Below are positions 1-9,567 of a stretch of DNA of 64,000 bases, piece by piece. The notes beneath the pieces are model-generated. The model saw only the letters and a program-made list of their open reading frames with translations, searched no databases and was not told the origin of the DNA. A program made the translations under genes and the position numbers. This DNA is from Bacillota bacterium. Lineage in GTDB: Bacteria > Bacillota > Sulfobacillia > JAJZYS01 > JAJYTV01. The stretch lies in the NCBI GenBank assembly GCA_021793645.1, contig JAJYSJ010000002.1, positions 2,003-66,002 on the forward strand, written 5' to 3'. The number at the start of each line of letters is the position of its first letter. Positions within the stretch are counted from its first letter, which is position 1.

Positions 1-605
1 TAGTCGCGCGCAAGAATGAATGCTGACTGGTCCATCACCTGGACATCCGTCCGCAGCACGGTATCGTAGTCGACCGAACGATAGCGGCGCGCGGCGGGAT
101 CCTTCTTGGGGTCGGTAGTGAACACGCCGTTCACGCCGCGCTTCGCCACGAGGATGGCTTCCGCCCGTATCTCCAGGGCGCGCTGCACCGCAGGGTAATC
201 GGTCGTCACGTACGGCTGTCCCGTGCCGCCGGCGAAGATGACGAGATGGCCCTTCTCCAGGTGGTGGATCGCCCGCAGCCGGATGTACGGCTCGGCCACA
301 GCGGGCATCGGAATGGCGGTCATGACCCGCACGTCCTCCACCGCCTTCGCCGTCAAGACGCCGCGCAGGATCAGGCTGTTCACGACTGTAGCCATCGTGC
401 CGATGTTATCAGCCTCTGCGCGCTCGATCCCCCACTGGTCCGCGGTGCGCCCGCGAAAGATGTTCCCGCCGCCGACCATCACCGCTGTTTCGACTCCGGA
501 CCGGATCAGGTCGGAGAGTTCGCTGCCGATGTGGTCTAAAGCGCCACGGTCGAATCCGAACTCCTCTTCGCCTGCGAATGCACCCCCGCTGAGCTTCACC
601 AGCAC
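1..605 (-). CDS. pyrH: UMP kinase (uridylate kinase). The C-terminus runs off the window start.
   Basis: Minus-strand translation reads ...VLVKLSGGAFAGEE...MVGGGNIFRG...IFAGGTGQPYVTTD...VMDQSAFILARD, the classic PyrH/amino-acid-kinase motifs. GTG start at 605 (alternative 599). In-frame TAA at 639-641. Absent from the ORF track because it is open at the window edge; track ORFs 223..906 and 409..738 are wrong-frame artifacts. Confidence 0.85.
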   Translation of the reverse strand, partial: MLVKLSGGAFAGEEEFGFDRGALDHIGSELSDLIRSGVETAVMVGGGNIFRGRTADQWGIERAEADNIGTMATVVNSLILRGVLTAKAVEDVRVMTAIPMPAVAEPYIRLRAIHHLEKGHLVIFAGGTGQPYVTTDYPAVQRALEIRAEAILVAKRGVNGVFTTDPKKDPAARRYRSVDYDTVLRTDVQVMDQSAFILARD

Positions 606-783
606 ACGCCGCAGTCGAGCCGTCAGGCCACCGCCCCCTTATATTGGAAAGGATTTTCGGCATTGTATCACGGAGGCTGAGCAATGGCTGCCTCCGCCTA
701 GTAGATGTGGCAACTGCAGCTGCAGTCTTCCAGGGCACGAAGTCTCGACCGCCGGCAGGCTATGGGGCATTCGGGCCAGCCTC

Positions 784-1443
784 TTAGACCGCAGGCTCGC
801 CGACGTCTTCGGAGGCCGCGGCATCCACAGCAAGGTGCAGCGCACCCTCCAGCTCACAGAAGTCTTGCAGCACCACCGCAGCGCCTGCAGCGAGCAGCGC
901 GCCTGAACCGCTCCAACCCCAGCCAGCCCCTAGCGGCAGCATGCCGGCTGCTCGCGCCGCCACTACGTCGGTCTCCTGGTCGCCCAGGTAGGCGCCGCCG
1001 CGCATCGCAAGGCGCGACTGCGCCAGCAGGAGCGGCTGCGGGTGCGGCTTGTGCTGCTGCGTATCGTCGCGGCAGACGACGACCTCGAAGGCGGCATGAA
1101 GGCCCGTCTGCGCGAGTTCCCGTTCCACAGCCCAGCGCCGCTTCGACGTGACGACGCCCAGTCGATGGCCGGCGCGCGTGAGCGTATGGAGCGCAGCGGG
1201 CGCACCGGGGAACGGTTGGACTGTGTGGAGCGCCTTCCGGTAGAGGCGCTGCATCTCCCGCCAGACTGCGAAGTAGACCGCCTCCTCTATGTCGGCGGAC
1301 GCGGCATCGTGCGCGACAAGGAAGCGGTGCACGGACGCTGCGTCGCTTGCCTGTCCATGGCTGCGCAGAGCCCTTTGGGCCGCGTAGGCATGCGCCTCCG
1401 AGGTGTCGAGCAGCGTACCGTCGAGATCGAAGAGAATGAGCAC
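784..1443 (-). CDS. HAD-superfamily hydrolase (phosphatase, PGP/PpaX-like)
   Basis: The N-terminus MLILFDLDGTLLDT is HAD motif I and VGDQETDVVAARAAG is motif III. GTG start at 1443 is preceded by GGAGGG. The track ORF extends further upstream with no support. Confidence 0.7.
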   Translation of the reverse strand: MLILFDLDGTLLDTSEAHAYAAQRALRSHGQASDAASVHRFLVAHDAASADIEEAVYFAVWREMQRLYRKALHTVQPFPGAPAALHTLTRAGHRLGVVTSKRRWAVERELAQTGLHAAFEVVVCRDDTQQHKPHPQPLLLAQSRLAMRGGAYLGDQETDVVAARAAGMLPLGAGWGWSGSGALLAAGAAVVLQDFCELEGALHLAVDAAASEDVGEPAV

Positions 1444-1552
1444 CGAATCCCTCCAGTCACGGGCCGAACTTCTCGCCCTGCCCCGGCTTCCCTGCAGGGC
1501 AGCAGGAGTCGAACGCGAGGCGACCAATCTAGGAATTGCAAGGGAGGCCGTC

Positions 1553-2134
1553 ATGGCGAACGAAGATGCTTCCTTGGGGCTCGACGTCTCGGGCGCCCTC
1601 CGTCGCCTTGCGGAACGTCTTGACCCGGATCTCGTGCTGCCGGCGGGCAGGCCTTCGGCCGTGCTCGTGCTGCTCTACCCAGACAATGCGGGCCTGCGGG
1701 TTCTTCTGACCCAACGTGCGGAAGACCTCGACCACCACAAGGGTCAAATCAGCTTTCCGGGAGGTTCCTGCGACCCCGAAGACGAGGACTACTGGGCAAC
1801 CGCGCTGCGCGAGGCGGAAGAGGAAGTCGGCCTGTCGGCGCAGCCGCGGCGCCTGGGCCACCTGCCGGCGCTCTTCATCCCCGTGTCCGGGTACGCGGTC
1901 GCACCCTGCGTCGGGTACGTTGAACGGCCGCCGCAGGTCTATCCGCGCACGCGCGAGGTCGCTGGCCTGCTGCAGCCGCCGCTCGCCGAACTGTGGGCCG
2001 TAGAAGAGTGGGAGGACGTCAAGACGCCGTCCGGCGCGATCTGGCGCATGCCCGTCTACCCCTGGCAGGACTACCGCATCTGGGGAGCGACGGCGCGCAT
2101 GCTCCACACGCTGCGCCGCGCGCTGCGGCCCTAG
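1553..2134 (+). CDS. NUDIX hydrolase, CoA pyrophosphatase (NudL-like)
   Basis: Nudix box GQISFPGGSCDPEDEDYWATALREAEEEVGL. ATG at 1553 follows the AGGGAGG RBS at 1541-1547. Divergent from the HAD gene. Confidence 0.75.
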   Translation: MANEDASLGLDVSGALRRLAERLDPDLVLPAGRPSAVLVLLYPDNAGLRVLLTQRAEDLDHHKGQISFPGGSCDPEDEDYWATALREAEEEVGLSAQPRRLGHLPALFIPVSGYAVAPCVGYVERPPQVYPRTREVAGLLQPPLAELWAVEEWEDVKTPSGAIWRMPVYPWQDYRIWGATARMLHTLRRALRP

Positions 2135-3057
2135 TAGCCGCGGGTGCGGTCGACGACGCCGAGGAGCGGCTCCCCCGCAAGGTAGCGGCGCAGGTTTTCG
2201 GCGGCGAACGCCCCGACGCGCTGGGCCTCGCTGGGCCCCGAGCAGTGCGCGGAGACAAAGCAGTTCGGCAAGTCCCAGAGCGGGCTCCCCTCGGGCAGCG
2301 GCTCCTCGCGGAACACGTCGAGCTGAGCGAAGGCCGGTCGCCCGGCACGCAGCGCCACAGCCAGCGCCTGCTCGTCAATCACGTTGCCACGGCCGACGTT
2401 GCACAGGATCGAGCCCTCGCGCATCGCCGCGAACTCCCTTGCACCAAAGAGGCCGTCCGTCTTTGCGGTGGCCGGCAGGACAAGCACCAGGTTGTCGACG
2501 CCGGCGGCGAACTCTTGTGCCCCGTTCGGCAGGAAATGCCGATCGACAAGGTCTGCGCTGGCGCCGCTTCGGCTGAGGCCCCAGACCTCCATGCCGAAGG
2601 CGCGGCCCATCTGTACGATGTCCTGGCCGATCGCCCCCAGTCCAGCCACTCCGAGGCGCTGGCCGCGCAGCGGCTGCGCAAAGACCTTCTCCCAGCGGTG
2701 CGCGTGCTGCAGACGGCGGATCGCAAAGATGTCGCGGCGGATCGCCAGAAGGAAGGCGAAAACGTGCTCTGTCATCACAGTGCCAAAGGCGCCGACGATG
2801 CGCGTTAGGGGGACGGCTGGCGGCAACGCGCTGACGACCTTGTCGACCCCGGCGCCCAGCCATTGCACCCAGCGTAAATTCGGCATGCGCGCGAGCAGGT
2901 CTGACGGAATGCCCCAGGAGAAGACGATCTCCGCGTCGAGATGCAGGAGCGCCTCTTCAGGTGTCGACGCGGCCGCGATCGCAGCGTCCGGGGCCACCAT
3001 CTGCAAGATCCCTCTGTACTTGGCGGCATCCGCCGCGTAGACAAGAATCCTCGCCAC
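2131..3057 (-). CDS. D-isomer-specific 2-hydroxyacid dehydrogenase (NAD-binding)
   Basis: GVAGLGAIGQDIVQMGRAFGMEV Rossmann motif; NVGRGNVIDEQAL and ...FVSAHCSG are typical of D-2-HADH (SerA/GhrA family). GTG start at 3057 gives MARILVY... The track ORF extends to 3420 and would overlap the divergent epimerase gene. Confidence 0.8.
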   Translation of the reverse strand: MARILVYAADAAKYRGILQMVAPDAAIAAASTPEEALLHLDAEIVFSWGIPSDLLARMPNLRWVQWLGAGVDKVVSALPPAVPLTRIVGAFGTVMTEHVFAFLLAIRRDIFAIRRLQHAHRWEKVFAQPLRGQRLGVAGLGAIGQDIVQMGRAFGMEVWGLSRSGASADLVDRHFLPNGAQEFAAGVDNLVLVLPATAKTDGLFGAREFAAMREGSILCNVGRGNVIDEQALAVALRAGRPAFAQLDVFREEPLPEGSPLWDLPNCFVSAHCSGPSEAQRVGAFAAENLRRYLAGEPLLGVVDRTRGY

Positions 3058-3189
3058 AGCACTCGGCCGTCGGCCGCAGCCGCCGGCCCGATCCCCCTTT
3101 CCTCGACTGCACGCTGCAAAGGCGGCGTCTCTTGAACCGAAGTTCGCAAGGGCGCGGCAGCCTTCCTTCCGCGCCGAGGAGGAATCGGA

Positions 3190-4203
3190 TTGCGCATACT
3201 CGTGATCGGCGGAACCAGAATGATCGGCCATTACCTCATCCCAAAGCTGCTCGCCCAGGGCGACGAGGTGACAGTCCTCTCGCGCGGCAACCGACCCCTC
3301 CCGGATCCCCGCGCGCGGCACGTGTCGGCAGACCGGCAGGACCCCGCCCAACTGGCCGCTGCGCTCCGGGGTCAGGCGTTCGACGCCGTGATCGACAACG
3401 TCGCCCACGTCCCTGCGCATGCCGAATCACTCTTATCCGCGCTGGAAGGTCGGTTCGGTCACTACGTCCTCACGAGCACCGCCTTCGTCTACCCGCAGTT
3501 GGACGCGACGAGCACCGCGCTGCATCCCATCAACGAGGATGCGTGGGACTTCACCCTACCGCCCTTGCCGCCCAGTCCCTCGGAGCATCTGCAATATGTC
3601 GACGGAAAGCGCCGTCTGGAGGCGTTTTTGGCCGCCGCAGGCCCGCCTTTGGGCCTGCAGGTGACGATCGTGCGCCCGCACCTGCAGCTCGCGGGCGCCG
3701 GCACGGAGGACGGCCGCTTCGCCTGGTTCTGGCTGCGGGTGCGCGACGGCGGACCGATCTGGCTGCCCGAGGAGGCGCAGGCGCCGGCGGGCCTATGCCA
3801 GATGGCCTATGCGGGCGATGTGGCGAGCGTCCTCGCAGCCGCAGCGCACCGACCCGCTGGGGAACTGCGCGTCTACCATGCGGCCGCGGTCGATGCCTTC
3901 AATTACAAGGACTACATCGCGGCGATGGCGGACGCGGCCGGCACATACCCGGAGCTCCGATTCGCGCCGCGTGAACGCCTCAACGCCAGCGCATTCGCCA
4001 CAGGCGGCGTGTACCGCATCCCTCTCCCGTACGTCGCCAGGTTTGACGTGACGCGGGCGCAGAAGGAACTCGGGGTGCGCTTCACGCCGCTGCGCGAATG
4101 GCTGCCATCGGTCGGGTCGTGGATGGATGACTTCTACCGCACGGCGCAGGTACCGCCTTGGTTGGCCATGCGGGCGATCGAACGCCAGACGAGCGTCATC
4201 TAG
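3190..4203 (+). CDS. NAD-dependent epimerase/dehydratase family protein (extended SDR)
   Basis: N-terminal MRILVIGGTRMIGHYLIPKLLAQGDEVTVLSR glycine-rich Rossmann motif; 337 aa. Confidence 0.75.
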   Translation: MRILVIGGTRMIGHYLIPKLLAQGDEVTVLSRGNRPLPDPRARHVSADRQDPAQLAAALRGQAFDAVIDNVAHVPAHAESLLSALEGRFGHYVLTSTAFVYPQLDATSTALHPINEDAWDFTLPPLPPSPSEHLQYVDGKRRLEAFLAAAGPPLGLQVTIVRPHLQLAGAGTEDGRFAWFWLRVRDGGPIWLPEEAQAPAGLCQMAYAGDVASVLAAAAHRPAGELRVYHAAAVDAFNYKDYIAAMADAAGTYPELRFAPRERLNASAFATGGVYRIPLPYVARFDVTRAQKELGVRFTPLREWLPSVGSWMDDFYRTAQVPPWLAMRAIERQTSVI

Positions 4204-4305
4204 CCAGGGAAGGTCCCTTCGGACAGGGCCCCGGGACGGATACCTCTGCTATAATGCCTTTGGTCTTCACCTGGCAACGAGCGCAGCGTCAGGAGGAATG
4301 CAAGC

Positions 4306-5694
4306 ATGCCACGCATCGAACGCGACGCACTCGGCGAAGTGCAGGTACCGGACAGCGCCCTCTGGGGTGCCCACGCCCAGCGCTCACACGAGAATTTCCC
4401 AATCAGCGGGCGCCTGCCGCGCCCGGAGTTCCTGGCCGCCGGCGCGCAGGTCAAGCGCGCGGCCGCCATCGCTCACCGCGAAACGGGCCGAATGAAGCCG
4501 GAGACCACCGAAGCGATCGTCTGGGCTGCGGACGAGGTGATCGCCGGACGCCACCTCGACCAGTTCATCGTCGACGTCTACCAGGCCGGCGCAGGCACCT
4601 CCTTCAACATGAACATGAACGAGGTGCTGGCAAACCTCGCCTCCATCCACCTTGGGGGCAAGGCCGGCGACCACAAGGTCTCTTCCCACGATGACGTCAA
4701 CATGGGCCAGTCTACCAACGACATCTTCCCGACGATCATGCGCGTAGCCGCCGCCACCCTCTGGCGCCACACACGCGAACAGACGCTCGCGCTCACGGCG
4801 TCCTTCGAGGAACTCGCGAAGCGCACGGACGGAGTGCTCAAGACGGGTCGCACGCACCTGCAGGACGCAGTGCCGATCCGCTACGGCCAGGAGTTCTCGG
4901 GCTACGCCGCCTCGATCCGCCAGGCGGTCGAGCAGACCGACCGCGCGGTCGAGTACCTCTACGAACTGAACATGGGCTCCACCGCGAACGGCACTGGGCT
5001 GAACGCGGAACCCGGCTATCCGGAGGCTGGCGCGAAGGAACTCTCCCGGATGTTGTCGCTTCCCTTCCACGCGCCGGGGAACCGCTTCCGCATCACCCAG
5101 AGCCTGGGCGACTTCGTCTTCTTCTCCTCCGGCGTGCAGGTGCTCGCGATCGAGCTGACGCGCATCGCTTCTGACCTGCGCCTGCTGTCTTCCGGCCCGC
5201 ACGCGGGCATCGGCGAGATCCAGCTGCCGGCCGTCCAGCCGGGCTCCTCGATCATGCCGGGCAAGGTCAACCCGTCGGTGCCCGAAATGGTCAACATGGT
5301 CGCACTGGACGTAATCGGAGGCCACGTGACGATCGCCACGGCCGCACAGTACGGCCAGATGGAGCTGAACGTGATGATGCCGGTCGTCGCCGACCGGCTC
5401 GTGGAGTCCCTGATCATCCTTGGCAACGCGGCCGAGACCCTGCGACTTCGCTGCGTCGACGGCATCACCGTCAACGCTGAGCGCAGCCTGAAGCTCCTTG
5501 AGGGTTCCGGTGCGCTGGCCACGGCCGTCGCACCGTACGTCGGCTACGCGAAGTCGGCGGATCTGCAGAACGAATCGACCCGCACCGGCCGCAGCGTGCG
5601 GGACCTCGTCGTCGAGCAAGGCCTGCTGACGGCCGAGCAGGCCGACGCCATCCTCGACCTGCGCAAGATGACGGAGCCTGGCATCTCGGGCTGA
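4306..5694 (+). CDS. aspA: Aspartate ammonia-lyase (class II fumarase/aspartase family)
   Basis: GSSIMPGKVNP fumarate-lyase signature. DQFIVDVYQAGAGTSFNMNMNEVLAN and GQSTNDIFPT align closely with AspA rather than FumC. 462 aa. Confidence 0.8.
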   Translation: MPRIERDALGEVQVPDSALWGAHAQRSHENFPISGRLPRPEFLAAGAQVKRAAAIAHRETGRMKPETTEAIVWAADEVIAGRHLDQFIVDVYQAGAGTSFNMNMNEVLANLASIHLGGKAGDHKVSSHDDVNMGQSTNDIFPTIMRVAAATLWRHTREQTLALTASFEELAKRTDGVLKTGRTHLQDAVPIRYGQEFSGYAASIRQAVEQTDRAVEYLYELNMGSTANGTGLNAEPGYPEAGAKELSRMLSLPFHAPGNRFRITQSLGDFVFFSSGVQVLAIELTRIASDLRLLSSGPHAGIGEIQLPAVQPGSSIMPGKVNPSVPEMVNMVALDVIGGHVTIATAAQYGQMELNVMMPVVADRLVESLIILGNAAETLRLRCVDGITVNAERSLKLLEGSGALATAVAPYVGYAKSADLQNESTRTGRSVRDLVVEQGLLTAEQADAILDLRKMTEPGISG

Positions 5695-7923
5695 TCAGCG
5701 CTCCGCCAGCAGCTGGCCCTCCTCGCGCTCGAAGCGGGCCTGGACGAGGCTGAACAGTGCAGCAGCTCGTTCCAGCGTCTCCACGCAGCGCGCCTCGATG
5801 TGTCGGTCCCGGCGGTCGAGCGCCCCAACGGCGCCCAGCACCCGGCTCCCCGCCATGATCGGCGCCACGGCAACCGAGCGAAACCCCCGAAGCCCCCGAT
5901 TGGCGCCCTCGCCCTCCAAGGCGAGGGCGCCTTCACGCAGGAAGAGCGGTTCGCCGTGCTCCGCGACCCACTGCGTCCCCGCCTGGATCCCCAGATGCGC
6001 GAGCGATGCCGCACTTGGCGGATAGGCGGACAGGGGCAGGACAGCCGTGCCTTCCGCGAGGTCGCAGGCCGCGACGAAATGCACCTCCGCCGAAAACAGC
6101 CGGCGCAGCCCTTCCAAGAGTTCGCGCGCCGCTTCGGCGGCACTCTCCGATGTGCGCAGAGCGGTCGCCATCTCCTCAAGCGCCAGGAGTTCGTGCTCTC
6201 TGCGGACCACCTCGCCCAGGCGGGCGTGTGCGTGCACCGCGGCGGCGATCTGCCCCACGAGGAGTGTCAGCGCGTCGCTGTCCCGCTGCAAGAACCCGAC
6301 CGGCTCCCGTCGCCACGCGACGAGCACGCCGATGCGCTCGCCGTCGAAGGCGACCGGCATCGAGATCATGCTGGAGAACGGTCCCTGCAAACGCCGCATC
6401 CCACCTGCAACCCGATGCTGGGCCTGGGTGGCGGTCTGCGGCGAGCGGTGCAGCCAGGCGGCGGTCGCTTCGCGGACGGCTTCGCCGCCCAGCGGGTGGG
6501 TGATCATGTCGCGCACCTTGCCATCCAAAGACGTAAGAACGAGTGCCGCTTCATCCGCGCCCACGAGCTGCGCGGCGCGCTGCGGCACCATGGCATCGAG
6601 TCTGCCCTCGCCAAGATTTGTCAGCAGTTCGCGCAGGATGGTTGTCTGTCGCGAGCGCCGTGCGAGTTCTTCCTCGCGGAACGCCTGCTGCTGCACGACG
6701 ACGCGCTCGTGCTGGCGCAGCACCGCGATCTCCAGGGCGTCCAGCCAATCGCCGATGCGGTTGATCACTTCGTGCACCTCCCCCTTCGCCTCAGGGGCGA
6801 ATCGGTGCACGAGGTAGCCACGCAGGTGCGAGAAGCCTTGGGCAATCTCGACGCTCTGCGCGTCGATCGCGGCGATGTGCCGTGCGAATTCCGGCGAGAC
6901 CCCATAGTGCCATGCATCGGGGCGCGTACCGTAGTCCAGTACCGGGAGCAGAGCGCGCAAAAGCCTGGGCGAGGCAGTTTCTTGGCTCCGGTTCGGTGCC
7001 ACGGCACCGACCAGATTCTGCCGGTTCTCCTGGATGTAGCGGCGCACCCCTCGCCCGAGCACATCGGGCAGCGTCGCTGCGGCGGGGGCGGCAAGGCGCG
7101 CACGGGGCAGCGGGGATCGGGTGCGGACAGCAGCGAGGTTCTCCGCGGCGCCAGCCGGGCGGCCCACCGCGAATCCCTGTGCGAGTGCGACGCCGCGCAC
7201 GGCCAGTGCCTCGAGCCAATCCTGGCGCTCGATGCCCTCCGCCAGGACGTAGCAGCCCGCAGCCTCCGCGAGCTCCACATATTCCGCCAACTGTGCCTCT
7301 GCCGCCCGCTGGCCGGCCATGCAGCGTGCGACGATCTGGCGGTCCACCTTCAGCACCTCAGGCGCCAGGAGATCGAAGCAGTGGCGGTCGGAGGGTCCAC
7401 TGCCCATGTCGTCGACAGCCAGACGCAGTCCACCGCGGCGCAGTTCCTCGACGACGTACACAAGGTCCTCCGCCTGGGCAACGAGTCCCTCCTTCAGTTC
7501 GATGACGATCCGGTCAGCGTAGGGACTGCGCTGTGCGATGCGTCCGATCTCCACCGCACTCGCAGGTGAAGACGCATTGAGAAAGAGAAGCGCCTGCGGC
7601 AGTGCGGCCGCCAAAGGCGCGAAGTCTGCAATTGCACGCCCGCAAGCAAAGCGGTTGAGTGAGAGTTCAAGACCGTGCCGCCGCGCTGCCTGAAACCACC
7701 GCAAGGAATTGTGCGCAGGAAAGCGGGCCAGCGCCTCATAGCCGAAGACGCGGCCTCGCCGAAGGTCCCAGAGCGGCTGGAACGCCGTCTGCAGAGCCGA
7801 AAGACGCATCGTCTGGCGAATCTGCGCCGCTGTAATCACCGGACGCAAAGCGGCACCTCCGAATGCGATGTTCGCCCTCCATTTCGACGCTTCTTTGGGG
7901 TAGCCTGTCAGATGATGGCGCAT
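5695..7923 (-). CDS. c-di-GMP phosphodiesterase: N-terminal EAL domain followed by tandem C-terminal GAF domains (no GGDEF)
   Basis: EAL motifs EALARF, ELKEGL, DDMGSGPSD and EGIE in the first ~260 aa. The C-terminal half carries two GAF-like blocks. The stop abuts the aspA stop. The start may be an internal Met (MRLSALQ...). Confidence 0.7.
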   Translation of the reverse strand: MRHHLTGYPKEASKWRANIAFGGAALRPVITAAQIRQTMRLSALQTAFQPLWDLRRGRVFGYEALARFPAHNSLRWFQAARRHGLELSLNRFACGRAIADFAPLAAALPQALLFLNASSPASAVEIGRIAQRSPYADRIVIELKEGLVAQAEDLVYVVEELRRGGLRLAVDDMGSGPSDRHCFDLLAPEVLKVDRQIVARCMAGQRAAEAQLAEYVELAEAAGCYVLAEGIERQDWLEALAVRGVALAQGFAVGRPAGAAENLAAVRTRSPLPRARLAAPAAATLPDVLGRGVRRYIQENRQNLVGAVAPNRSQETASPRLLRALLPVLDYGTRPDAWHYGVSPEFARHIAAIDAQSVEIAQGFSHLRGYLVHRFAPEAKGEVHEVINRIGDWLDALEIAVLRQHERVVVQQQAFREEELARRSRQTTILRELLTNLGEGRLDAMVPQRAAQLVGADEAALVLTSLDGKVRDMITHPLGGEAVREATAAWLHRSPQTATQAQHRVAGGMRRLQGPFSSMISMPVAFDGERIGVLVAWRREPVGFLQRDSDALTLLVGQIAAAVHAHARLGEVVRREHELLALEEMATALRTSESAAEAARELLEGLRRLFSAEVHFVAACDLAEGTAVLPLSAYPPSAASLAHLGIQAGTQWVAEHGEPLFLREGALALEGEGANRGLRGFRSVAVAPIMAGSRVLGAVGALDRRDRHIEARCVETLERAAALFSLVQARFEREEGQLLAER

Positions 7924-7945
7924 TATACCAAGTTGCCCAATTGCT

Positions 7946-8854
7946 TTACTCCGTCAAAAGAGGCGGCAGGAGGCTGCGGTTGCGCTTGCCGTCTGTCAAG
8001 CCGCAGCGCATTCCCCGCCGCGCCATCACGTAGCCGAGCGCCTCCAGGTGGTCTCCGATGATCAGGTCCTGCACCGTCAGGGGCGCGCGATCCTGGGTGG
8101 TTCGGGGGTGAAGGCGGTTCGTCGTCACGACGTCGACTTTGTGCACCACCCGTACCTGCAGTCCCTCAAGCACAGCCGCTGCCTGCGCAACGGGCGGTAT
8201 GCCAAGACGCGCTGTACCGATGGCCCGAACGGCACGGGCTGAGAGCGCGTGCGGAACCGCAGTCAGGGAGGCCGAGCCGAGATCCGGGCGCCCGAGCACG
8301 CGATTCAGAAAAATCTTCGCCTGGCTGACGGCGTCCCCGGCCTGCACGTAGGAGCTTAAGTCGTTGAGCGCGACATCTGTGCCGGCGGCAATGCTCTGGA
8401 TGAAGGGTGCCAGGTCGGCTGCCCGGAAAACGATATCGCCGTCGATGAACAGGTAGGCATCGGCCTGAACTGCCGCGGCACCGATGGCTCGACCGACGTC
8501 ATGCCCAATTGCCTCTGGGTACTCGATCACTCGACAGCCGGCCGCCCGCGCGACATTCGCCGTTGCATCGCTCGATCCGTTGACCACCACTACCGTCTCA
8601 GCCAGGGGCAGGCTCCGCAGTTCCAGCAGGACGCTTAACAGCGTCTGCGCTTCATTCTGGGCGGCAAGCACGGCCACCGCCCGAATCACTTCATGGTCGT
8701 ACCAGCGCCGCTCCCCTCGCATCGGCTGGATCATGAACTGCGGGGGATGCTGTAGGCCGGAGCCCTTCGACGTCGCCAAGGGTTTGAGCATCTTCCTGCC
8801 GTGCTGGCTCGCTAAAAGCTGCACTGGCTCCCGAAGCATCCTTGCGTGCATCAT
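7946..8854 (-). CDS. Family 2 glycosyltransferase (GT-A fold)
   Basis: IRAVAVLAAQNEAQTLLSVLLEL...VVVVNGSSDATANVARAAGCRVIEY...FIDGDIVF carries the DXD-type GT2 signatures. The start overlaps the stop of the upstream ORF by 4 nt (ATGA), indicating translational coupling. Confidence 0.7.
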   Translation of the reverse strand: MMHARMLREPVQLLASQHGRKMLKPLATSKGSGLQHPPQFMIQPMRGERRWYDHEVIRAVAVLAAQNEAQTLLSVLLELRSLPLAETVVVVNGSSDATANVARAAGCRVIEYPEAIGHDVGRAIGAAAVQADAYLFIDGDIVFRAADLAPFIQSIAAGTDVALNDLSSYVQAGDAVSQAKIFLNRVLGRPDLGSASLTAVPHALSARAVRAIGTARLGIPPVAQAAAVLEGLQVRVVHKVDVVTTNRLHPRTTQDRAPLTVQDLIIGDHLEALGYVMARRGMRCGLTDGKRNRSLLPPLLTE

Positions 8855-9567
8855 GCTCGATCTCCCACAAGTACCTTGTCGCCATCGATCAGTTCATCCG
8901 CAAGGTGACCGAAGTCCATGTGGATGCCGCGGCGGCTTTCAGCCCCCTCCGCGCAGATGGGCACCGCGGCGATACCCGCGGAGACAAGGGCAATATCGTA
9001 GTCGAAGCCTCGCATCCTCTGCAGGACCCGGTCGACGTCTTCGCAACCGTGCACGGGCGACAGGGTCCCCACCACCCGCACGCCCTGCGCCAGCAGCACC
9101 GGTTCGAGTTCTTGCGCGCGGTTCCCGATCAGCAGCACGCGCGGACGGGGCTCCTCGAGCAGCAGGGCCGCCAGATGGCCGCTCTTGTGCAGCTCGTAGT
9201 TCACCACCGCGTCCGTGAGGATTTTGCCGGAGAGGTCGATGTGGTGCGCAGCCAGTGCCGTCGCGAGCAGCGGCGCGAAGTTCTCCCCCGGCGACGTAGT
9301 GCGGCCGACGACGTCGGCCTTGCGGATTGCGTCGGCGAGGCGGTCGCGACAGACGACATCGGGGATCTCGACGCCGGCGTAGCGCAGGAAGGGGCCACGC
9401 TTCGCGACCTCTGCGAATGGCAGGAGAACCCCCTGCGCAAGTGTCAGGGCCTCCCCGTCGCCCAGCCGGACGAGCGAGAGCGGCCGCCCATCGCGCAGTG
9501 CGCGCACCAGGGCGCGCGCGACGTGGATGAGCAAGTCGCCGTGATCAGCATCCATCGGTTGGTTCAC
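8851..9567 (-). CDS. Hypothetical protein, possibly a GT-D/DUF1792-like glycosyltransferase partner of the GT2
   Basis: 238 aa. SLVRLGDGE motif near the N-terminus, recalled as a DUF1792 signature. Its stop overlaps the GT2 start. The identification is tentative. Confidence 0.4.
   Translation of the reverse strand: MNQPMDADHGDLLIHVARALVRALRDGRPLSLVRLGDGEALTLAQGVLLPFAEVAKRGPFLRYAGVEIPDVVCRDRLADAIRKADVVGRTTSPGENFAPLLATALAAHHIDLSGKILTDAVVNYELHKSGHLAALLLEEPRPRVLLIGNRAQELEPVLLAQGVRVVGTLSPVHGCEDVDRVLQRMRGFDYDIALVSAGIAAVPICAEGAESRRGIHMDFGHLADELIDGDKVLVGDRA

Noticed and set aside
223-1205. Track ORFs 223..906(+), 246..539(+), 409..738(-), 705..1151(+), 963..1205(-)
   Set aside because: Low-complexity Arg/Ala/Pro-rich translations lying antisense or out of frame to the well-supported pyrH and HAD genes. 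These are typical high-GC artifacts.
5800-7569. 589-aa plus-strand ORF
   Set aside because: Entirely antisense to the EAL-GAF gene. Its translation is Arg/Ala-rich with no motifs.
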